A stretch of 64,000 nucleotides of DNA from Eledone cirrhosa (Eukaryota): NCBI GenBank assembly GCA_964016885.1, contig OZ024741.1, positions 328,972,001-329,036,000 of the forward strand, written 5' to 3'. Position numbers and translations under genes: made by a program. Within the stretch, counting starts at the first letter, position 1, and each line of letters starts with the position of its first letter. Below the pieces are notes generated by a model, which was not told the DNA's origin, searched no databases, and was given only the letters and a program-made list of their open reading frames with translations. Positions 1 to 13,625 of this stretch are shown piece by piece.

Positions 1-182
1 GGTCTATCTGGTTCCTTACCGCAATTCCTTTGTTATATATATATATATATATATAGGAACGTCGAAACGGCTTGAGCTCAGCCGTCGGGGTCCTACTCGT
101 TCCTATTACCCACTCTACTACCTTAAGTATTGAGTACTTTGGTGCGTTATGGTCCACCTGGTTCCTTACCGCAATTCCTTTG

Positions 183-219
<37 letters not shown>

Positions 220-345
220 AACGTCGAAACGGCTTGAGCTCAGCCGTTGGGGTCCTACTCGTTCCTATTACCCACTCTACTACCTTAAGTATTGAGTACT
301 TTGGTGCGTTATGGTCCACCTGGTTCCTTACCACATTTCCTTCGT
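1..345. repeat. Tandem fragments of dispersed repeat family R1 (PLE terminal/5' fragment) separated by (TA)n
   Basis: ~130-bp unit (gtcgaaacggcttgagctcagccgt...ggttccttaccgcaattcctttg) repeated at ~57-183 and ~218-345. The same family recurs at 18831-19025, 31010-31380 and 44650-44903. Confidence 0.8.
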
Positions 346-2165
<1,820 letters not shown>

Positions 2166-2463
2166 TTTAACCATGGTAAGAATAAATGTATGATAAAGGT
2201 CAGTGAATGACAAAAATTCTCCAATATTTGGATATTTCTGATTCGATTACTAGATAAAAAGTTATTATATGTGAATTAAAGAAAAATTAAAACTATTCCT
2301 TAAGAGTGAAAATCTCCTCTAATCCCCGTGAGTAGTTTATTGGGGTTTTACAAATTTTGGATTCGTATATATTTTTTTTCTTTTTTTGTTTCCGTGTGTA
2401 TGTGCGTGTGTTTTACTATCTCCTTTCTTATTTTATATTGAGAGACATTTCTCTATGTATATA

Positions 2464-2571
<108 letters not shown>

Positions 2572-2611
2572 CAATACATATATACACAAATATATATATT
2601 TTAGATATATT

Positions 2612-2647
<36 letters not shown>

Positions 2648-2686
2648 CAAAAATATTAATAAATGGAAAATATCTTTATATTTCTA

Positions 2687-2743
2687 TTTTATTATACGTA
2701 TTTCAAGGGTACTAACATTTTAGTACGCTTTCGTCAGATAAAA
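2687..2743 (-). ncRNA. Type I hammerhead ribozyme motif (PLE pLTR)
   Basis: ttttat-CTGACGA-aagcgtactaa/ttagtaccctt-GAAA-TACGTA(palindromic stem III)-TA-ataaaa. Confidence 0.85.
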
Positions 2744-3419
2744 TACAATAATTGGTGTAAAGATAGTGACATATATTCATGTGAACTTCATGTTATAAGT
2801 TCATTGAAGATAGTGAATATAATTTTTCAAAACTCATGGGAAATATGCTAATGAGGATAACGTTAAAACTGAAAAGGATCGTTGACTGTAGAGGCTAGAT
2901 AGATTTTAAATATTTATCTAAATTTTGTTTAAAAGGGTTTGTTATTAAATTTAAAAAATATATTTTAATGTTAATTTAGGATTTTTTATAGAAATATGCA
3001 TATTTTAAGAATATGGAAGTATTTATAATATTTAGGTGAGAATTATGAAGTAATGTATTAAATTGAGAACTATTAATTCATTAAAGCAATATAATAAGTG
3101 AAAGATACCCTGTATTTATATGTACGATTGGATATATTTTACGCTTATATTTTAATATTATGATGAGTGCAGTTGTAAATATAATGTATTGCTGTATAAG
3201 ACATTATTGTATATCTTTATTAAAAAAATGTATTTAGTACATAGATAATTATGCGTGAATATAGATCTTATTTAAGTATATATAATCATGAAAGAGTTTA
3301 AGATATGTCAAGCGATGATATATATGCATTTTCTATATATACCTTCAGAATGTGAAAATAATTATATCTTTTAAGTGAAGATGTATAATATTATGTATAA
3401 TAGTATTTATAATCTATTA

Positions 3420-3573
3420 TTGCTTTGACGCATAGAGTTACGGTCCTTGCCATTCTGAGTTCAAATGCCGCCGAGGTTTACTTTGCCTTTCATCCTTACG
3501 GGGTCGATAAAATAAAGTACCAATAATGCACTGGGTAATTGCTGGCCTTGTGCCAAAAGTAGAAACAATTATT
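3420..3573 (+). mobile_element. tRNA-derived SINE family S1, partial copy
   Basis: B-box-like gagttcaaat; body actttgcctttcatccttacggggtcgataaaataaagtacc; tail ggccttgtgccaaaagtagaaacaattatt. Confidence 0.85.
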
Positions 3574-3981
3574 GTATAAGGTTAGATATATATTTAAACA
3601 TTTATGTAAAATTTGAATGTCTCGTATATGTGAATTGTAAACAAACTTTTATTAAGGGAAAATTAACTCTAGTGTTTAGTAATTTAAGGAATGTAAATTA
3701 TTTAAAGATATATTGTTTAATCTAATGTTTAACCTAATAATTAATTACAATTTATATTATAATATAAGTAGAAATTCAGAGAACCATATAGTAAATATGG
3801 TCTAGATAATAATAATAAAATAAATATTTATATGTATAGATTTCGATAATAATTATTATTTCTATGTATAAAATTGATAATAGTAAATATTTCTATGTAT
3901 AAATTTAAGAACTTTTAAAGACAACCAAAAATATATATATTGTACATAGGCAACTTATACAGTCCATGTGTAGTATTTTCT

Positions 3982-5720
3982 ATAAATTGTAAATATTGTG
4001 AAATGTTCTGGAGAATCGATGCAAACAAGATTTAAATATTTCCTTTTTTTTTGTTAATAAATGTTTCTACTTTTTGGCACAAGGCCAGCAATTATCCCAG
4101 TGCATTACTGGTACTTCATTTTATCGACCCCGTAAGGATGAAAGGCAAACTTAGCCTCGGCGTGATTTGAACTCAGACCGTAAAGGGGCGTAACTCTATG
4201 CTGCAAGGCATTCTACCAGTACTGCCAATCCACCGCCTTTTTGTGCTAATAATATTACCAGGATTGGTAATTATATGAAAGATTTCTTCAATACAGAAAT
4301 TACAAATTCTTGAGAGAGCCATATTTTGGTTAACTGGCGCTTTCGATATACGTCGCCAAGAGATCGAATAGTCAGTGTTATTGTCTTTTAAAGACCAAAT
4401 TAATTGAGGTTGTGAATTTTTTGTCCGATCGTTTGAAAGTATGTTTATGATTATACCAACGGTCCTTATATTTTGAAGAAGTAGCTGCTATATGATTATA
4501 TAATCTATCTCTAGTTTTTATGGGGCATTTGTATACTAAATTTCTATCAAGGCAATTATTCTGTAAAGGGCATGATATGTTATTTCTGCAATTACATTTT
4601 CTAATATTGTTTACAGATAGGGTATTATTATTTATGCATTCGTTATTATTATTATTATTATTATGTGTAATGTTATTAGTTATATTGTTATTGCTATTTG
4701 AGTTTATTTGGGTTGAGTTTAATTTTAAATTCCTATTATTAATTCTCGCAATATTCCGGGCTATATTCATAGTAGTAGAGTAAGAGAGCTTGACTGTATG
4801 TCTGTTAAAAATGGGGTGATACTTATGGGACTTAGGAAAACATTTATCTAGAGGCTTAAATAATTGGTGTGCTAAAGGTGTCTTAATTCCTAATGAAATT
4901 GGAGGTGAATACCAAATTATATTTCTAGTTCTAGCTTTTTTATTTGATTTATTATTTTGGTTAATTTTTGTTTATTATTAATATTATAATAGACTTTAGG
5001 GGGTTGGTGTATTATTCTTATCCGTGTAGTTAATTTTATTATTGTATCCAGCTCTGTGTAGAGCGTCATTGTAATATTCTGCTTTGTTATCAAATATATT
5101 TTTATTAGCTGAGAATCTAGATAGTCTTTGCTGGACACTATTAACTATAGCCTTTTTAACATTTCTAGAGTGGTTAGAGTAGAAGCTAACGTAGTTTAGG
5201 TTTTCATTAATCTTATTATGGAACGGGTAATATAGGCCTGAGTTAAGGTTTAGTGTAACATCTAAGAAATTAACAATTTTATTATCATTTTCTATTTCTA
5301 ATTTAAGGCCATAATTACTAAAAAAAGTCTATAATAATTATCTTTTTAACTATTGTTATGTTTATCAACTATAAATAACGCATCATCACGATGCAATTTC
5401 CGGCAATTTCCTATGTAAGGCATTAAGAATGAATATTCCACCAAATCCGTGACCTGAGCTGAGTCAGAAGAGCCCATTGTAATAGCGAAATTGTTCTGTG
5501 TACCAGCTCTAGTCCAGAGATCATTGTTAAATTCAATAAGAGTTTTTCGTGCAGCTAATATAATGTTTATTTCTTCGCTAGATAAATCAGTATACTTTGA
5601 TGCGTATATTAGTGCTTTATTATGTAAATTAGGAGTTATTGAAGAATAGTAATTAGCTATATCAATTTGTATAAATTGTGTATTATTTTTAGATTTAATG
5701 TCTAGAAACTTAATGTCTAT
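3982..5720 (-). pseudogene. PLE RT/GIY-YIG ORF remnant, frameshifted and interrupted by a SINE at 4063-4237
   Basis: ORF 4378-4770 plus motifs read in adjacent frames. Confidence 0.85.
4063..4237 (-). mobile_element. SINE S1, near full length, inserted in the PLE ORF
   Basis: Reverse complement begins ggcggtggattggcagt (A-box-like) and contains gagttcaaatc and the S1 tail. Confidence 0.85.
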
Positions 5721-5874
5721 CTAGCGTCTAAACTTAATGGTCCTTTTCAGTGTTAACGTTATCCTCATTAGTATATTTCCCAAGAATCTTCAAAAAGTAT
5801 ATCACTATCTTCAATGAACTTATAACATGAAGTTCACATGAGGTTATGTCACTAACTTTACACCAATTATTGTA

Positions 5875-5931
5875 TTTTATCTGACGAAAGCGTACTAAAT
5901 TATTAGTACCTTTGAAATACGTATAATAAAA
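5875..5931 (+). ncRNA. Type I hammerhead ribozyme motif (inverted pLTR)
   Basis: ttttat-CTGACGA-aagcgtactaa-atta-ttagtaccttt-GAAA-TACGTA-TA-ataaaa. Confidence 0.85.
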
Positions 5932-6053
5932 TAAATATGGTTTTATAAAGATATTTTCCATTTATTAATATTATTGATATTAATGAGACTCCGGGAAAAA
6001 CCGTTGAGTGCTTCTAATCTGTTGTAAATTAACTTTCTTGAATAATCAACAAA

Positions 6054-6167
<114 letters not shown>

Positions 6168-6289
6168 TATACAGCTGTCGAAATAGCCGGAGCTCAGCCG
6201 TTCGGGTCCTGATTGTTTTCCTATATATATATAAATATATACATTAATTTAAAATATTAACAAAATAGATATTCTTGTGATCAGTTATG

Positions 6290-6352
6290 TTTTATTATAC
6301 ACATTTCAGAGGTACTGAGTTAAGTTCAACAGTACGTCCTCATCAGATAAAA
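6290..6352 (-). ncRNA. Type I hammerhead motif (left palindrome arm)
   Basis: ttttat-CTGATGA-ggacgtactg..cagtacctct-GAAA-tgtgta-TA-ataaaa; stem III palindrome degraded. Confidence 0.7.
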
Positions 6353-9300
6353 CAAAATGATGCATGAGATACCCTGACATAGTAGATGGTTAAGATTCAG
6401 TCATTGTAGTGATTAACATATGACACAACTCAATATTTATACCCTAATATTGAAATATATAATACAACTATAGAGAGGGTGCGTGTAATACAGCTTAAAA
6501 AATACTTGGCTTCAATATAACAGTTAAACATTTTTTTTTAAACTACTGAAGAAAGAGGAAAGAAAGGAAAGCATAGAGGGAGAAACAGCTGATGTGATAA
6601 TATATTTAGTAGGTGGCTCGAAAAAACAAATGAAAGATGATTAAAGAGAGAGAGAGACAAAGGGGAGTAATTTATGGTCAAGTTTATAGACAATTTTCCA
6701 TATATGCAATATATATCTAACTTTATTTAGTTGACCGTTACTATTCAAAATATTCAATCTAAGTTATTTCAGAGTATTGAGTAATATTTTAGTTTTTAAA
6801 AGTTAATAAGTATTTGTATTAATATTATATTATACTATCAAGTTTAATTTCTAAAATTCAAATCTTTTTGAAAACAAATTTAAAGGATTTACGAAACACG
6901 AGAAAGAAAATATATAATGCTTTTATACCCTAACGAAGGTAATTTTTACCAAAATTATTTATAATATTGACGACAGTTTATATAATATAATTTATAAAAT
7001 AATTATAGTTATAATTATTAAAGAATTTATGATTAAATAATTTGAGTGCCTAAAGGATCAACCGGCCTCATAACTAAACTTAAAGAAGTCTGAATTTTTA
7101 ATTATATATATGTGTTAATCAATGATTATAATGTTTAAGATAATCCCTTTCAAATATATATAATATAATACAATTATATAATATAGTAAATAAGTTACTG
7201 AAAATATTGTTATAAAATATATATATAGTTAAAATATATTGTTAAAAATTATTGTTAAAAAAATTAATGTTTTATATCGATTGTTTTCATTTAGTTTATA
7301 TATATACTATAAACATATAAGTCAAAACTATATAGGTCCTAATGATAGGGGCTAGATACAAAATAAATATAAAAATTAAAAATAATGAATTGTTTGTGAA
7401 ATTTAATAATGCCCAATATTAAAAATATATTATATTTGTAATAGGGTTTTAATATATAGTAGGCAAAAGATATGTCTAAAATATTTTAGCGAATGTGATA
7501 GAAAGAGGAGCTAAATATTTGAGAAAGCCGAGGGTAATCTAAATTTAATTAAAATAAAATAAATTACATTAAATTATATTAAATTAAGTAAAAATCATTA
7601 TATAAATTCGAACTTCCAGGGAATATCAAACCCTCATAACAATATAGAGTCATTTGAGTATCTAAATTATTTATAAATGTAACTAGGAGTATGTTATTAC
7701 ACTAGATAAACATATTTGTACAACTATATAGAGATATTATTATAGGTATTAATGAAACGGTATACATTTAATAAATTAATAATTATAATCATTATTAGTA
7801 ATACTATTGGTCTCTCTCTCCACTGAACTGGAGTTCAAACTACAATTATAGTATTACTAATAATTGTTTCTACTTTTGGCCTTGTGCCAAAAGTAGAAAC
7901 AATTATTAGTAATACTATAATTGTAGTTTTACCTCCAGTTCAGTGGAGAGAGAGACCAATATTTGTCGACTATTATGGTTTGTTATATTTATACCTAGAT
8001 ATAAAAAAATGCAAATCTAACTTTCTGAGTCTCCAAAACATACTCAAAATGAGTAAAATATGCAAACGCATGAATGGTCCACAGTTCAATTATAATCGGT
8101 AAATTTACAAGTTAAATATCCAAATTATACATTTAAAATAGAAACAGATAAATAAAGATCCAAATCAAAATTATAAATATCTAAAAAAAAAACCTAAGGT
8201 GTGCATATTTATCAAGTAAACAAGTTATCAAAAGAGGATCCTTCATTCTAACATTAATTCTATCACAAATGATTAGAAGATAAAGCATTATTAAAGTTTT
8301 ATAAACCGTTATGACTTTTTAGGCCCAACAGTTGATAAGAGACGTCAAAAATTAAGGCCTGATTGTTTAGTGTTTTTCCTGACTTTTTGCGAGGCTTGGA
8401 ATTTAGATAAAGCTTTATGAAGGCAGTTTGAGAATAATTCCCTTTTTTTGTTAATAAACAAATTTACATTCCAAGCCTTGCAAAAGGTCAGGAAAAAACA
8501 CTAAACAATCAGGCCTTAATTTTTGACGTCTCTTATCAACTCTTGGGCCTAAAAAGTCATAACGGTTTATAAGACTTTAATAATGCTTTATCTTCTAATC
8601 ATTTGTGATAGAATTAATGTTAGAATGAAGGATCTTCTTTTGATAACTTGTTTACTTGATAAATATGCACACCTTAGGGTTGATTTTTTTAGATATTTAT
8701 AATTTTGATTCGGATCTTTATTATCTGTTTCTATTTTAAATGTATAATTTGGATATTTAACTTGTAAATTTACCGATTATAGTTGAACTGTGGATCATTC
8801 ATGCGTTTGCATATTTTACTCCTTTTGAGTATGTTTTGGAGACACAGAAAGTTAGATTTGCATTTTTTTATATCTAGGTATAAATATAACAAACCATAAT
8901 AGTCGACAAATATTGGTCTCTCTCTCCACTGAACTGGAGGTAAAACTACAATTATAGTATTACTAATAATTGTTTCTACTTTTGGCACAAGGCCAAAAGT
9001 AGAAACAATTATTAGTAATACTATAATTGTAGTTTGAACTCCAGCTCAGTGGAGAGAGAGACCAATAGTATTACTAATAATGATTATAATTATTAATTTA
9101 TTAAATGTATACCGTTTCATTAATACCTATAATAATATCTCTATATAGTTGTACAAATATGTTTATCTAGTGTAATAACATACTCCTAGTTACATTTATA
9201 AATAATTTAGATACTCAAATGACTCTATATTGTTATAAGGGTTTGATATTCCCTGGAAGTTCGAATTTATATAATGATTTTTATTTAATTTAATATAATT

Positions 9301-10511
9301 TAATTTAATTTATTTTATTTTAATTAAATTTAGAATACCCTCGGCTTTCTCAAATATTTAGCTCCTCTTTCTATCACATTCGCTAAAATATTTTAGACAT
9401 ATCTTTTGCCTACTATATATTAAAACCCTATTACAAATATAATATATTTTTAATATTAGGCATTTTCAAGTTTCACAAACAATTCATTATTTTTAATTTT
9501 TATATTTATTTTGTATCTAGCCTCTATCATTAGGACTTATATAGTTTTGACTTATATGTATATAGTATATATATAAACTAAATAAAAACAATTGATATAA
9601 AACATTAATTTTTTAACAATAATTTTTAAGAATATATTTTAACTATATATATTTTATTTACTATATTATATAATTGTATTATATTATATATATTTGAAAG
9701 TGATCACCTTAAGCATTTAGACATTATAAACATTATAATCATTGATTAACACATATATATAATTAAAAATTCAGACCACTTTAAGTTTAGTTATAAGGCA
9801 CTCAAACTATTTTATCATAAATTCTTTAATAATTATAACTATAATTATTTTATAAATTATATTAAATAAACTGTTGTCAATATTCTAAATAATTTTGGTA
9901 AAGATTACCTTCGTGAGGGTATAAAAGCATTATATATTTTCTTTCTCGTGTTTCGTAAATCCTTTAAATTTGTTTTCAAAAAAATTTGAATTTTAGAAAT
10001 TAAACTTGATAGTATAATATAATATTAATACAAATACTTATTAACTTTTAAAACCTAAAATATTACTCATTACTCTGGAATAACTTAGATTGAATATTTT
10101 GAATAGTAACGGTCAACTAAATAAATTTAGATATATAATACATATATGGAAAATTGTCTATAAACTTGACCATAAATTACTCCCCTTTGTCTCTCTCTCT
10201 CTCTCTTTAATCATCTTCCATTTGTTTTTTCGAGCCACCTACTAAATATATTATCACATCAGCTGTTTCTTCCTCTATGCTTTCCTCTCTTTTCTCTTTC
10301 TTCAGTAGTTTAAAAAAAAATGTTTAACTGTTATATTGAAGCCAAGTATTTTTTAAGCTGTATTACACGCACTCTCTCTATTGTTTGTATTATATATTTT
10401 TCTCATGTTCTCAATATTAGGGTATAAATATTGAGTTTTGTCATATGTTAATCACTACCATGACTGAATCTTAACCATCTACTATGTCAGGGTATCTCAT
10501 GCATCATTTTG

Positions 10512-10574
10512 TTTTATCTGATGAGGACGTACTGTTGAACTTAACTCAGTACCTCTGAAATATGTATAATAAAA
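10512..10574 (+). ncRNA. Type I hammerhead motif (right palindrome arm)
   Basis: ttttat-CTGATGA-ggacgtactg..cagtacctct-GAAA-tatgta-TA-ataaaa. Confidence 0.78.
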
Positions 10575-10774
10575 TATAATTGATCACAAGAATATCTATT
10601 TTGTTAATATTTTACATTAATATTAATAACTCTGGAAAACACCTGCAGTTGAGTGCTTCCAATCTATTGTAAAACTCATTCTTTGATGTATTCATTGAAC
10701 CTTGTTTACCTTTTAAATTTATATATAGGAAAAGAGTCAGGACCCGAACGGCTGAGCTCCGGCTATCTCGACAG

Positions 10775-10853
<79 letters not shown>

Positions 10854-11325
10854 GACCAAGGATTAATATTATTGTCGTTTATTTATATACATCTACAAAC
10901 GTTTCAATGCAACCAGAATAATTCACCAATAGTGAAGAAAAGCCGAAAATGATCATTTAAGTAATTCCACCATAGGAACTTTACTCCAAGCGGTATCTCT
11001 TCAGGAATTACAATAAAACTATAATTTGTTTAACATCAGAAGGCAAAATAACAAGAATTACACAAGTTTCCTAGTACATAAGCAGAAAGCAAAAGCATAT
11101 GCTTGTGAACATAGTTACTAGACATGCAAAATAAAACGTTATGTGTGTTATTCATACAAATGTTGAAACACATTGAATCTGTCGATTAGTTATACCAAGC
11201 GTTTTCGTGAACTAATATTTCATATACATACACGCACACGCACGCACGCACACACACACACGCATACACACACACACGCACGCACGCACACACACACACA
11301 CGCATACACACACACACACACATAT

Positions 11326-11370
<45 letters not shown>

Positions 11371-11429
11371 TGTGTGCGTGAGTGTGTGTGTGTATACATA
11401 TATATTAATATATACAAAACGAAAGATTA

Positions 11430-13592
11430 ATATGGTTCATTGATTACTCAATGAATACAGTTTTATAATAGATTAAAAGCACTCAACAAAGAAATATTCC
11501 TGAAGTTTTAATATTATTCAAAATATTAACAAATGAAGATATTCACATAATCAAATTATATGCTTTATTATATATATTTCAAAGGTACTGTGTTGTTTTT
11601 TTCCAGTACGTCCTCGTCAGATAAAATATATGATTTGATATATGACATACCTCTACGGTCTTGATATTTCAATTCCAGTATTGGTAGTGATTTATTTCAT
11701 CAAATCTCAACATTTATATACCACAAATAATAATATGATAAACTGAAAGAAGAAAAGGACGTGGAGCGAATTAGAGATATAAGAGAGTGTGTAAGGAATA
11801 GGAGATGCAAGAAAAAAATAAGAAAAAGAAAGAGATAGAATAAAAAATACATATATCAATGAATATGTAGATGGGTGAAAAGGATGAAGAAATATATATA
11901 AACAAGAAGAAAAAAGAAAAACGAAAAAAGAAATAACGACAAACGAATAGAAAAAACCGTTGTTTTCAAATATTAGGTCAATTGAGTCAACCAATTAGTT
12001 ACCATAGACCATTGAATATCTCTAGTATGTGGTTATGGTTAAGCTAATGATACTAATATAATATATCAAAATTAATCAATATACATTACTTTTCATATCC
12101 TTCACATATATAATTAAACATTTATATAATTTAATTTAACTCATTATAGATTTTAATTTCTGGTTTAGGTAATATATTCCATAAGTATTTTGTTACAATT
12201 TCTTTTAAAATTATCTTTATAGCATATTTAAATAATTATTAAACCTGAATTAAAACATATATTAAAATACATGCATATAACACCTTTATAAAATCTTTCA
12301 AATCTTTAATTATCATATAATTACAGGATTAAAATTTTAGTTAAATTTTGATTTAACTTCAGTAATTGCAAATTATTACAGTTTCCTTTTAAAGAAATTC
12401 ATATATTATTCAACTATATAATTTATGTCAAAAAATTAAAATAGCAAGCTATTCAAACAGAATAAAAATATTTACGAAGAATGTAAACAAAAGGAAGATA
12501 ACTCATTCACCATATTTGAGCATTAAACAATATATCTATTCTGAAATCAAGTGATATTTCTAAACCATAAATCAACAATTTTCAAGTTAAATATTGAACT
12601 GTCCTGATCAAAAACTTAGGATACAGAGGCTGATATTTAAATTATTATAATAGATAAAACATCAATACATTATTACTCCGGTAAGGCAAAAATTATAAAT
12701 ATAAATATATTTATAAAAATTATTAATTGTCAATATTCTTTCGAAACTTGTATAATGCTTGGAATGTTTTCCGGTTCTATGTTGGCAGCTGCTAAATAAT
12801 TCTTTTTTCTTATTAATTAAATTGTCACAATTTGTAACTATCAATAGAGTCTCAAGATTGCAAAGATTGTAATTTGGCTAAATGGAAGCGTTCCGATAGG
12901 AATTGGCATTTTCTAGCCGTGTCCAAGGGATGGAGTATTTAATATTCTTGTCCTTCAAAGACCATATTAATTGTGAGAGTGAAGTTGAAGATTTTTTGTC
13001 TGATTTCGAAAAGGATTTTTTATGATTGCACCAACGAAGTTTAAACTCAGATGAAGTCGCACCAATGTAGTTGTATATATTATTATTTGTCTTAATGGTG
13101 CATGTATATACTAGATTCTTGCTCAGGCAGTTATTTTGTAAGGGACATTCTGACTTCCTTCTACAGTTACATTTCTTCTCGATGTTATTTCTGTACCCTA
13201 AACTATTCATATTATTATTATTATCTAAGGGTGTTCTACTATTATTCGTATTTCAGTTATTATTATTGTTATTCCCATTAAGTAATGTATTATTATTATT
13301 ATTGTTATTATCGCTATTTAGATTTTGGTTCAAATTAAGATTTTTACTATATAATTTTGCTATATTTTGAGCAATATTCATAATTGTTGAATAAGAGAGT
13401 TTAACTGTGTGTCTATTGAAGATAGAGTAATATTTATGTGATCTATGGAAGCATTTATCCAAGGCTTTAAAAAATAAGTGTGCTAAAGGTGTTTTAATTA
13501 ATGTTTTAATGCTGGCGGAACATACCAGATTATACATCTAGTTCTTATTTTTTTCCCCGATTTATTCCTCAAGTTGTTGTTTTTATAGTCAA

Positions 13593-13623
<31 letters not shown>
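11430..13623 (-). mobile_element. PLE 3' fragment (thumb/linker + GIY-YIG + ~1.3-kb 3' UTR with HHR)
   Basis: IIWYVPP, HTVKLSYST, CNCRRKSECPLQNNCL, LVYTC..YIGATSSEFKLRWCNHKKSF and INKKKELFSSCQHR in ORFs 13253-13537, 12878-13210 and 12662-12844. Confidence 0.9.
11564..11626 (-). ncRNA. Type I hammerhead motif
   Basis: ttttat-CTGACGA-ggacgtactg..cagtaccttt-GAAA-TATATA-TA-ataaa. Confidence 0.8.

Positions 13624-13625
<2 letters not shown>

Larger units (their letters stand above)
6168..10780. repeat. ~4.6-kb palindrome: inverted duplication of the 3' region of a heavily truncated PLE
   Basis: The arm ending ~8402 is the reverse complement of the arm starting ~8468 (ORFs 7884+ and 8770- are nearly identical). 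The spacer reads INKKRELFSNCLHK on the minus strand, the PLE endonuclease C-terminus. Confidence 0.92.

Noticed and set aside
10870-11012. CTGAAGA...GAAACGTT on the minus strand as a hammerhead
   Set aside because: No convincing stem I or stem II closure by eye.
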